From: a virus
IMG/VR virus record: IMGVR_UViG_3300012271_000010
Location: 1 to 64,000 of that record
DNA: 64,000 nt
Strand: one strand, 5' to 3'
Shown: positions 1 through 6,915 of the stretch, piece after piece
How the letters are laid out: every line of letters begins with the position of its first letter
Position numbering within the stretch: the stretch's first letter is position 1
Position numbers and translations under genes: made by a program
The notes under the pieces: generated by a model
Database searches by the model: none
The model's input: the letters and a program-made list of their open reading frames with translations, nothing else
What the model was told of the DNA's origin: nothing

Positions 1-34
1 ATTACTGATCTATTATATTATTGTAGGAGACCAA

Positions 35-316
35 ATGACCACACCAGATTACGAAGAAATTGCAAGACAAATTGGAGCAGTTGTACGATTAAAACAAGCT
101 GCTTACGGTGACTCATTCAACAAGTCATGTGAAGTACTAAAAGTTCTTTATCCTGATGGAGTTTCCCCAGATAATTTTAAAGACTTTCTAGCTGTTACTA
201 GAATCATCGATAAACTATTCAGGATAGCAACAGATAGAGACGCTCTAGGGGAGTCCCCCTTCCAAGATATTGCCGGTTATAGCATTTTAGGCGTAGCTCA
301 CTCAAAAGAGGAATAG
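35..316 (+). CDS. Small phage protein resembling nucleotide-modification-associated domain 1 (Nmad1/DUF1599-like)
   Basis: 93 aa; K-x-x-x-YGDSF near the N-terminus, DKLxR and DIAGY motifs; AGGAG RBS upstream. Confidence 0.55.
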   Translation: MTTPDYEEIARQIGAVVRLKQAAYGDSFNKSCEVLKVLYPDGVSPDNFKDFLAVTRIIDKLFRIATDRDALGESPFQDIAGYSILGVAHSKEE

Positions 317-694
317 ATGTCCTGGACTCCACGAAGAAAGAAAAGAGTTGGAGCAAACAAATACTATTCCGTTGTAAACTTGCTCCGCAGACAAAAAAAA
401 ATTTCCCCACAGTTCGAAGTGATGCTCAACTCCCTTTCGTTAGAGGAAGTGATTGCAATTAAATTAGAATTAGCTGCTCAAGCGTCTGGTTCTCCTCTGT
501 ACGGCGTGCCTATCTGGAAGAACCTAATAACAATCGTAAGAGATTCAGTAATTAAATACGCTTTGTCAGCAACTAGAACAAAGTCAGAAGCGGCTAGGTT
601 TCTTGGGATGGAATTCTCTGATTTTGCAAAAAGACAAAGGTTTTATCAGACAGAAAGTTATTTCAATAGTGAAGAAAAAGAAGAAGATCTCTAA
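317..694 (+). CDS. Protein with C-terminal Fis-like helix-turn-helix
   Basis: ALSATRTKSEAARFLGM matches the Fis/HTH_8 pattern AL...AA..LG. Confidence 0.55.
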   Translation: MSWTPRRKKRVGANKYYSVVNLLRRQKKISPQFEVMLNSLSLEEVIAIKLELAAQASGSPLYGVPIWKNLITIVRDSVIKYALSATRTKSEAARFLGMEFSDFAKRQRFYQTESYFNSEEKEEDL

Positions 695-710
695 AAGAGG
701 TCTTTTTTTT
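684..710 (+). terminator. Intrinsic terminator
   Basis: aagatctct/agaggtctt hairpin followed by a T run. Confidence 0.6.
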
Positions 711-926
711 GTCTGTTTTATATATCACGAATGTAGTTATGTTAGGCGAAAGGGATAAAAAGGATAAAACCACACCGTGAAAAAGAACCAAGAACAAATT
801 GATTTTAGTAGAACAGGAGATGCACGCTCGGCGCAAGCCATTGGCATGGTCTCACAAACTGCATCGAATCACATAACCCTTGTTTCTTTTGGCTAGAATG
901 CTCGCCACACACAACCGAAACGAAAC

Positions 927-952
927 AAGGACTCTTCAAAGAGTCCTTTTTT
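927..952 (+). terminator. Intrinsic terminator
   Basis: aaggactctt/aagagtcctt inverted repeat followed by a T run. Confidence 0.65.
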
Positions 953-984
953 ATTAGGTACTTAGAGGAACATCACACAAGGGC

Positions 985-1013
985 TTGACAAAAGAGAAGT
1001 GATCTGTTAGGAT
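985..1013 (+). promoter_or_regulatory. sigma70-type promoter driving the tRNA array
   Basis: TTGACA-17 nt-TAGGAT with extended TG, 21 nt upstream of tRNA-Thr. Confidence 0.65.
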
Positions 1014-1034
1014 AGCTCTCACGAAAAAAAGAAT

Positions 1035-1119
1035 GCCGGGTTCGTATAGTGGACAATTACACCTGTTTTGTAATCAGGCGGCTCGACCTACGAGAGTTCG
1101 AATCTCTCACTCGGCTCCA
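1035..1119 (+). tRNA. tRNA-Thr(TGT), extended variable region
   Basis: gccgggt/actcggc acceptor, cctg..ttTGTaa..cagg anticodon arm, GTTCGAATC T loop, CCA. Confidence 0.85.
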
Positions 1120-1126
1120 ATTTTTT

Positions 1127-1424
1127 GGGGAATCTATGGAATCGATAAAGCAAGGAGGATAATTTACACAAGGAAGCCAGCCAACGAATGCTTTGATCAG
1201 CGTTGGAAAAAATAACTGCAAACGATAACATCGAACAGTTCGCTCCTATTGCTCTAGCAGCGTAGAAAGCCGGGTGTCAACTACCTCGGAACAGAAAGTT
1301 GAGAAAAGTGAGTGCGAGAAGAAAGAAAGAAGGATTTCAATATCCTAAAAATTGAATAACCTTGTAAGAAAGTAAATTATAGAAATTGTTTTAGACACCG
1401 GTTCGAATCCGGTATTCTCCACCA
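1127..1424 (+). ncRNA. ssrA: tmRNA, one-piece; tag peptide (A)ANDNIEQFAPIALAA
   Basis: ggggaat/attctcc acceptor with G3.U70, GAC + T arm + ACCA end; ataact-GCA resume codon at 1218, tag ORF ends TAG at 1265. Confidence 0.93.
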
Positions 1425-1503
1425 GGGCATAGCCCACGGGGTCACCGTAAGGTGGCTGACTGATTGCCGGATAAATCAGGATAAATAAGCCGGTCCTTGT
1501 TGT

Positions 1504-1579
1504 GCAGGATTAACTGAGATGGTTTTAGTGCTACCCTTACATGGTAGAAACGGGGGTTCGAATCCCTCATCCTGTACCA
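1504..1579 (+). tRNA. tRNA-Val(TAC)
   Basis: gcaggat/atcctgt acceptor, ctacc-ctTACat-ggtag, T arm, CCA. Confidence 0.9.
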
Positions 1580-1661
1580 GAGTGGATATTCGGCGGGACT
1601 GACTATCGTCCGGTTTTTTGTTTAGTCAACAGAGAATCCGAAACCACGCGTTTTAAAAAGG

Positions 1662-1690
1662 TTGACAGACTGTGAAGAGTGAGTTAAGGT
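1662..1690 (+). promoter_or_regulatory. sigma70-type promoter
   Basis: TTGACA-17 nt-TAAGGT upstream of ORF 1710. Confidence 0.5.
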
Positions 1691-1709
1691 CTAACGAAGA
1701 AAGGTATCC

Positions 1710-1961
1710 ATGAAAAGATGGTTAGTGACAGGAACGAATGAAAATGGTTTTATCTGGGTACTTGAATTTGTTGGCGACGAAAAACCAAATCGCGGGAGGA
1801 TAAATCACGCGTTTGCTTCGGAATATCCAGAACAATGGGAATTCGAACCAGAGATTAGAAAAATAAAAATTCGTGAGTTTACCGACGCCCCACCACACGC
1901 CACTCTTGGTCTTTCGCTTAAAAAAGGATTTAATTTAAATGGAGAAGAAATAGAATATTAA
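1710..1961 (+). CDS. Hypothetical protein
   Basis: 83 aa ORF with RBS, behind a promoter. Confidence 0.55.
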   Translation: MKRWLVTGTNENGFIWVLEFVGDEKPNRGRINHAFASEYPEQWEFEPEIRKIKIREFTDAPPHATLGLSLKKGFNLNGEEIEY

Positions 1962-1966
1962 AATAC

Positions 1967-2042
1967 GGTTATGAGTTGCGGATGGCGAGCAGCTTCATTG
2001 TCAATGAAATGGTAGTCGGTTCGATTCCGACCATGACCGCCA
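1967..2042 (+). tRNA. tRNA-Asp(GTC)
   Basis: ggttatg/catgacc acceptor, G73, ttca-ttGTCaa-tgaa, T arm, CCA. Confidence 0.85.
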
Positions 2043-2265
2043 GTCGTCCTGTCAACTCTGATATATATCATATTTAGAAAATATGATTAAGAGATTTTGT
2101 AAAAAGACAGGACAGGTAAAGAAGGTTCGCGACAGTCTTAGTAAGACGAAACGAAAGTCAGGAAAAGACTGCCTTCTTTACCAGGGACACGATGTAACAA
2201 CCGCCAAGTGGTGTGTCCTGGGTAATGCTAGTAGTTACAGAAATATGAGTCTGTCCAAATTGGGG

Positions 2266-2342
2266 GCGCCGCACGCATGCAGCGGTAGGAGCTTTCGAAT
2301 ACTCCATGGTTAAGTTAGGTTCGAATCCTAACAGGCGCACCA
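2266..2342 (+). tRNA. Atypical tRNA, probably Arg(TCG), with enlarged anticodon loop
   Basis: gcgcc/ggcgc acceptor, ggag/ctcc stem around ctttcgaata, gttagg-ttcgaat-cctaac T arm, CCA; irregular D arm. Confidence 0.5.
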
Positions 2343-2416
2343 GAGGCAGAAATATAGGTTCGAATCCTGTTGTCAACATTGTGTTGACCTCGTCTAACTG
2401 GTCAGGACGCTGCCGT
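2343..2416 (+). ncRNA. Circularly permuted tRNA-like RNA (3' half precedes 5' half; YrlA-like topology)
   Basis: Order is ggcag, T arm (atagg-ttcgaat-cctgt), gtcaaca-ttg-tgttgac closed acceptor, D arm (gtct-aactggtca-ggac), ctgcc. Confidence 0.75.
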
Positions 2417-2447
2417 TTTTTAAACTTCTTAAAGAAAAGGAACATAA

Positions 2448-2786
2448 ATGCCTTGTAAATCAGATCATATGGAAGCAGCCTCGGATGAAACCGAATCCCG
2501 ACGACTAGCTAATTTGGTTATGTACTTGAACGATTCTCTGGACATCACTACAAGTGAAGACATTAAAGAAGCTGCACACAGTTATTACGGGAATGTTAAG
2601 ATACTAGATTCTCTAACCGCATATACGTGTGGTAAGATTAAGCGGATGGACGAAGAAACTCTAAACAGGGTAGTTTACGACGGCAGAAACCCCACCGCCC
2701 GTCAATTAGCAGATTGGTATGAGCAACATGAGGCGTTTGACCGCCGACGCTTGCGAGAAGAAAAGAGAAGAAAAGTTAGTAAATAA
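2448..2786 (+). CDS. Hypothetical protein
   Basis: 112 aa ORF, AAGGA RBS. Confidence 0.7.
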   Translation: MPCKSDHMEAASDETESRRLANLVMYLNDSLDITTSEDIKEAAHSYYGNVKILDSLTAYTCGKIKRMDEETLNRVVYDGRNPTARQLADWYEQHEAFDRRRLREEKRRKVSK

Positions 2787-2901
2787 TGGAGAACCTACAT
2801 CTACAGGTTGTTACGATTGCAGAGGCACTGGTTTAAATTGTGAGAATTGTAATTCTTTAAAATAAAAAAGGTAGTAAATAATGGAGATTGATTTTACATA
2901 T

Positions 2902-2977
2902 GGGGAGGTAGCTGATGTGGTCTTAGCATGAATTTGAAGAATTTGAGATGTTGGTTCGATCCCGACCCTCCCCACCA
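2902..2977 (+). tRNA. tRNA-Phe(GAA)
   Basis: ggggagg/cctcccc, tgaat-ttGAAga-atttg, T arm, CCA. Confidence 0.85.
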
Positions 2978-2989
2978 TTAAATCATTTT

Positions 2990-3071
2990 GGCTATAGTGA
3001 ACGATGGACGTTCAGTGTCCTCATAAGGCATCGAGAAATCACCGCTGGTTCAATTCCAGCTATAGCTACCA
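2990..3071 (+). tRNA. tRNA-Met/Ile2(CAT), elongator-like, long variable region
   Basis: ggctata/tatagct, gtgtc-ctCATaa-ggcat, T arm, CCA. Confidence 0.8.
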
Positions 3072-3075
3072 TTGT

Positions 3076-3164
3076 GGCGGGGCGGAGACTGTTGGATGTC
3101 TCGTAGATCTCATAAGTCTATTTCCTCATGGAAGACGCATGTTCGATTCATGCCCCCGCACCCA
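3076..3164 (+). tRNA. tRNA-Met(CAT), initiator-like 1:72 mismatch, long variable arm
   Basis: ggcgggg/ccccgca (G1.A72), tagat-ctCATaa-gtcta, ttcc-tcat-ggaa variable hairpin, CCA. Confidence 0.75.
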
Positions 3165-3209
3165 TTTTAGAAAAAGAAAATTATGATTTTTGTTGCTTCA
3201 CTTTTGCTC

Positions 3210-3238
3210 TTGACACTTCACATCGTTCCTGGTATAGT
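3210..3238 (+). promoter_or_regulatory. sigma70-type promoter
   Basis: TTGACA-17 nt-TATAGT with extended TG, upstream of tRNA-Glu. Confidence 0.55.
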
Positions 3239-3333
3239 TTTTGCCGGATATACGCTGACAAGAGAAGTCGAAAATCGTATGTTATTAATTCGCAGCGGAC
3301 CAATGTCTGCTTGGTATAAGGAATAAAAAGTTT

Positions 3334-3408
3334 GGTGCCATCTTCTAGCGGCTAAGAAATCGGTTTTTCACATCGACAACTGGAGTTCGATTCTCCATGG
3401 CACTACCA
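3334..3408 (+). tRNA. tRNA-Glu(TTC)
   Basis: ggtgcca/tggcact, tcggt-ttTTCac-atcga, CCA. Confidence 0.88.
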
Positions 3409-3499
3409 AAAAGAGAAAATTATGTTTAAATGTATTAAAGATTATCCAAGCGAGCTTCAACAAGTTTACAACACACCCTTTTGTGTTGTTCGAAACTGA

Positions 3500-3574
3500 T
3501 GGAGCATCGTCTAACCGGTAGGACCTTCGACTTTGACTCGAAAAATATAAGTTCGAACCTTATTGCTCCAGCCA
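3500..3574 (+). tRNA. tRNA-Gln(TTG)
   Basis: tggagca/tgctcca, G73, ttcga-ctTTGac-tcgaa, CCA. Confidence 0.9.
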
Positions 3575-3604
3575 CTTTAAAAGATATCACAAAAGAGAAA
3601 AATT

Positions 3605-3925
3605 ATGAATAAGAATGTTGTTAATTTAAGCGATTTTAAAAAGAAAATGGCTCTAAAAGAGAAAATTGAGTCAGAGACTGAAGAAAAGTCATTGGCAGTC
3701 TTGACAGACGAGCAAATCGATCGTATCATGTACGCAACAATCAACGATCGCGAAGAAGATGAAGATCCCTCAGAAGAAGAGATGATTGCGGTTTTAGAGT
3801 GGGCTCAAACTACTATGGTGAGAGTCACATTCTTGAACTTAATGCTCAAGGGAAAAGTTTCCATCAAATGGGACGAAGATAAGAATTTTCTGTTTTCAGC
3901 TACTGAGGAATCCGAAGAAGAATAA
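3605..3925 (+). CDS. Hypothetical acidic protein
   Basis: 106 aa ORF between tRNAs. Confidence 0.65.
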   Translation: MNKNVVNLSDFKKKMALKEKIESETEEKSLAVLTDEQIDRIMYATINDREEDEDPSEEEMIAVLEWAQTTMVRVTFLNLMLKGKVSIKWDEDKNFLFSATEESEEE

Positions 3926-3933
3926 TAACTTAT

Positions 3934-4020
3934 GGAGAGTTGGCAGAGTCCGGCTGATTGCGCTAGTCTTGAAAACTAGAGGGCAGAGATGTCCCGAGGG
4001 TTCGAATCCCTCACTCTCTT
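3934..4020 (+). tRNA. tRNA-Ser(TGA)
   Basis: ggagagt/actctct, ctagt-ctTGAaa-actag, long variable arm; no encoded CCA. Confidence 0.9.
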
Positions 4021-4077
4021 TCAATTATGGTGAACAGTAGTAGTGGCTAACTTAACATTTTAATAAAAGGACTACAA

Positions 4078-4350
4078 ATGCCACTATTCAGAACTTTGCT
4101 TAATGATATGGAAAAAACTTTTGAAAGAGTGAAAGAGGCTGAATTTTTTAAGAAATATGGATTATGTCTTATATGCAAAGAAAGATCTGCAAGAGTTCAA
4201 AATCCACAAGTCACTAAAGAAGATATGATTTGTTTAGAATGTGAGGATAAGAGAGTCAACAAATTAACAACTGCGAGCCCAACTGGAACTCCAGTCTCAT
4301 TTTTCTCAAATGTTGTTGTTTATGATTATGAGCCGCTAGAAGAAGAGTAG
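4078..4350 (+). CDS. Hypothetical protein with two CxxC motifs (zinc finger)
   Basis: CLIC...CLEC; AAGGA RBS. Confidence 0.6.
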   Translation: MPLFRTLLNDMEKTFERVKEAEFFKKYGLCLICKERSARVQNPQVTKEDMICLECEDKRVNKLTTASPTGTPVSFFSNVVVYDYEPLEEE

Positions 4351-4356
4351 TGTTAT

Positions 4357-4431
4357 GCGTCGTCGGTCTCAATGGTGGGACATCAGCCTTCCAAGCTGAA
4401 TATCAGAAGGGTTCGATCCCCTTACGGCGCT
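4357..4431 (+). tRNA. tRNA-Gly(TCC)
   Basis: gcgtcgt/acggcgc, U73, tcagc-ctTCCaa-gctga; no encoded CCA. Confidence 0.85.
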
Positions 4432-4439
4432 TTACTTTT

Positions 4440-4517
4440 GCTGGTATATTTCAGTTAGGTCAGAATACTTTCTTGGTAAGAAAGAGGTCATTGGTTCAAA
4501 TCCAATTATCAGCTCCA
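4440..4517 (+). tRNA. tRNA-Thr(GGT)
   Basis: gctggta/tatcagc, ctttc-ttGGTaa-gaaag, CCA. Confidence 0.9.
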
Positions 4518-4542
4518 ATTTAACTTTAAACTAGAGGTAAAA

Positions 4543-4773
4543 ATGCCAGCTGAAAACAACACAATGGCTCAGTACAACATGGTCAAAGAGGCTTTTCTTG
4601 ATGCTCTGGTTAAGGACAACTTGATGAAGCAAGAAGTCGCAGACAGACTAAAAGAAACTTATGCGGTTGTTGTAACCCGCCGCTCTTGGCTCGGAAGGTT
4701 TATGGATAAACACATTTATAGCAAAGAAGAAGCTGATGAATTTAAGATTGTTATAATGCGGATTGTCAAATGA
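4543..4773 (+). CDS. Hypothetical protein
   Basis: 76 aa, GAGGT RBS, ATGA overlap with the next gene. Confidence 0.65.
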   Translation: MPAENNTMAQYNMVKEAFLDALVKDNLMKQEVADRLKETYAVVVTRRSWLGRFMDKHIYSKEEADEFKIVIMRIVK

Positions 4774-5114
4774 AAATACTTGTCTGTGGTGGTCGCGATT
4801 ATGATAATCGAGCTTATGTGTTTCAAGTTTTAGAAATGATTCATGAGGAAAATCCCATTACATGTGTCGTTCATGGTGCAGCCACCGGCGCAGATAGTCT
4901 AGGACAAGCCTGGGCGCTTTCTAAGGAGATTTCTGAGATTCCTTATCCTGCTGAATGGGACAAATTCAAACGAGCAGCAGGACCGATTAGAAACGCAAAG
5001 ATGCTTAGAGAAAATGAAGATATTGAGTTAGTTGTTGCATTTCCTGGTGGAAGTGGAACAGGAAATATGAGAATAAAAGCTGAAAGGGCAGGAATAGAAG
5101 TTATCTGTCTTTAA
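4770..5114 (+). CDS. SLOG-superfamily (YspA/DUF2493-like) protein
   Basis: LVCGGRDY, HGAATGAD, AGPIRN and FPGGSGT motifs. Confidence 0.85.
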   Translation: MKILVCGGRDYDNRAYVFQVLEMIHEENPITCVVHGAATGADSLGQAWALSKEISEIPYPAEWDKFKRAAGPIRNAKMLRENEDIELVVAFPGGSGTGNMRIKAERAGIEVICL

Positions 5115-5144
5115 TTTAAACGAAGAAAACAAAAGGAGAACAAT

Positions 5145-5381
5145 ATGTTTTTGGATAAAGAAGAAAAAGTGACGCAGAAACCTGGTAAATCATGGAAGAG
5201 TATCGTTTACCGTTCAACTTACGCTGAAGCTGATAAGTTCCGTAATGAAAAGTTGAAGGAAAAAGATTTGGATGTGAAGGTTAAATTTATGCCTTCAATG
5301 GACAAATTTGCAGTTAAGACGCGAAAAAAAGCCATTGTTGAATCCGAGACTGAACTAGTTAAAGATAACAAAGAGGGTTAA
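5145..5381 (+). CDS. Hypothetical basic protein
   Basis: 78 aa, AGGAG RBS. Confidence 0.6.
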   Translation: MFLDKEEKVTQKPGKSWKSIVYRSTYAEADKFRNEKLKEKDLDVKVKFMPSMDKFAVKTRKKAIVESETELVKDNKEG

Positions 5382-5384
5382 TTT

Positions 5385-6314
5385 ATGTCGAAATCGTACA
5401 AACTTGTTCTATCTGGGTCTGGTACTCGTTACCCATGTTTTATTGGAGCGGTAAAACGTCTCCTGGAAGAAGGTCTTGAAATAGAAGAGGTTTGTGGGAC
5501 CAGCGGCGGTGGAATTATTGCCGCTGGTCTTGGATGGAAGTATGATAAAGAAAATCCTCTTGATTCTATTAAATTTTTAGAAGATATGGCATTATCTCTT
5601 TTACCATCTGATTTGTTAGACCCTCATTGGTTTGATTTTGCTCTATCTTTTCGATGGAAGAATCTTTTCCACGGATATAACTTCAGTCCTCTGAATTTGT
5701 TTAGAAAAAATAAAGACGTCCTTACTCTTGATCCGAAGAAAATGGTTTTGACGAGAAACACTAACGGAATGTTTAAGGGTAATAAAATTCTTAAAGTTTT
5801 AGAGAAATCGCTGCCAGAAGATCTTGAATTGAAAATTCCAGTTGTTATTACAACATTCAATAACAACTGGAGAGTGGTAGATTTTTGGAAAAGAGAGAAA
5901 GGTAACACTGGTGATTTAGCAAAATTAGTTAGAGCTACTCTTTCTCTACCGATAATTTTTGATCCTGTTATGATTGAAGGAGACTTACATTCTGACGGTG
6001 GAAATATTGCTAATTTCCCACTTGATGTTTTTGGACGAGATGCTAAAGTTATTGGGTTGACATTCGAAGGAATGAATCCAACACGAGTAGTAATTGATGA
6101 TAAACTTGATATTGCTGGAGCCAATCTAGACGGTATGATGAACGCGTCAATGGAAGAAGATATCCACGACGCCGGTCCAAACGCCCATGTTTGTCAGATA
6201 CGCACTAGACACACTGGTCTCAACCTTATGATGACTCCTGCCGACGTCGCAGAACAAATACTCGACGGATATGACAGTGTGTCCCGGTGGCTCAAAGAAA
6301 ATCCAGATCTGTAA
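5385..6314 (+). CDS. Patatin-like phospholipase
   Basis: LVLSGSGTR oxyanion loop, GTSGG nucleophile elbow, DGG catalytic Asp. Confidence 0.88.
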   Translation: MSKSYKLVLSGSGTRYPCFIGAVKRLLEEGLEIEEVCGTSGGGIIAAGLGWKYDKENPLDSIKFLEDMALSLLPSDLLDPHWFDFALSFRWKNLFHGYNFSPLNLFRKNKDVLTLDPKKMVLTRNTNGMFKGNKILKVLEKSLPEDLELKIPVVITTFNNNWRVVDFWKREKGNTGDLAKLVRATLSLPIIFDPVMIEGDLHSDGGNIANFPLDVFGRDAKVIGLTFEGMNPTRVVIDDKLDIAGANLDGMMNASMEEDIHDAGPNAHVCQIRTRHTGLNLMMTPADVAEQILDGYDSVSRWLKENPDL

Positions 6315-6331
6315 AAAACTCTTTCAGACAC

Positions 6332-6360
6332 TTGACATCTTAACTTCGATGGGTTACACT
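6332..6360 (+). promoter_or_regulatory. sigma70-type promoter
   Basis: TTGACA-17 nt-TACACT upstream of tRNA-Ile. Confidence 0.6.
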
Positions 6361-6377
6361 GGTTCCAGAACGTATTT

Positions 6378-6452
6378 GCTCCCGCAGCATGACGGTCATG
6401 CGCGCTTCTTATAAGGGTAAAAATGTGGGTTCAATTCCCACCGGGAGTACCA
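6378..6452 (+). tRNA. tRNA-Ile(TAT)
   Basis: gctcccg/cgggagt, gcatgac-ggtcatgc D arm, ctTATaa loop on a weak G.U-rich stem, CCA. Confidence 0.75.
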
Positions 6453-6485
6453 AAGAAAGTGAACCATAAAAGAAAGTTGTAAATT

Positions 6486-6734
6486 ATGAGTGCAGTGAAA
6501 GTAGATTCCAAAACAGATCGTAAATACTTTATTCAATATTGTAAGGATTCGAATTGGATTTTTAGTCAACTTGATTCGGTTCAAGGTGGATTTGACCGGA
6601 CCTCTGATGCAGAGGCGGTAATTGACGATGTAATGGTTTTCCATAATGATTTCTCAGGATTTAATTATAGAATCCTTCAACGAACAACAATTATTCTTGA
6701 TGAACCACGTCAAGACTATAATAGTGGTTGGTAA
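6486..6734 (+). CDS. Hypothetical protein
   Basis: 82 aa ORF between tRNAs. Confidence 0.55.
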   Translation: MSAVKVDSKTDRKYFIQYCKDSNWIFSQLDSVQGGFDRTSDAEAVIDDVMVFHNDFSGFNYRILQRTTIILDEPRQDYNSGW

Positions 6735-6744
6735 AATTTAATGA

Positions 6745-6824
6745 GCGCTTGTATACCCTCCCGCTACGAACGGGTCGAAAGGTTAACTGGATACATGTGA
6801 GTTCGACTCTCCCCAAGCGTACCA
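6745..6824 (+). tRNA. Non-canonical tRNA-Arg(ACG) with split/re-threaded D arm
   Basis: gcgcttg/caagcgt + ACCA, cccg-ctACGaa-cggg, T arm; only tatacc between acceptor and anticodon arm; ggttaactggata lies 3' of the anticodon arm. Confidence 0.7.
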
Positions 6825-6842
6825 CCTTATACTACAATTTGT

Positions 6843-6915
6843 GCCCCGAGCAATGGATATGCAGGCAGGTCTTCTAAACCAGCCTTTCTAAGTTCGATTC
6901 TTAGTCGGGGTGCCA
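6843..6915 (+). tRNA. tRNA-Arg(TCT)
   Basis: gccccga/tcggggt, ggt-ctTCTaa-acc, short D arm gca-atggata-tgc, CCA. Confidence 0.75.

Noticed and set aside
2100-2175. Hammerhead ribozyme suggested by stem-GAAAC
   Set aside because: The required CUGANGA core is absent before the stem
1033-3319. ORF-track entries 1033-1215, 2083-2313, 2158-2445, 3004-3186 and 3128-3319
   Set aside because: They overlap tRNA/tmRNA or structured RNA and have no protein-like features
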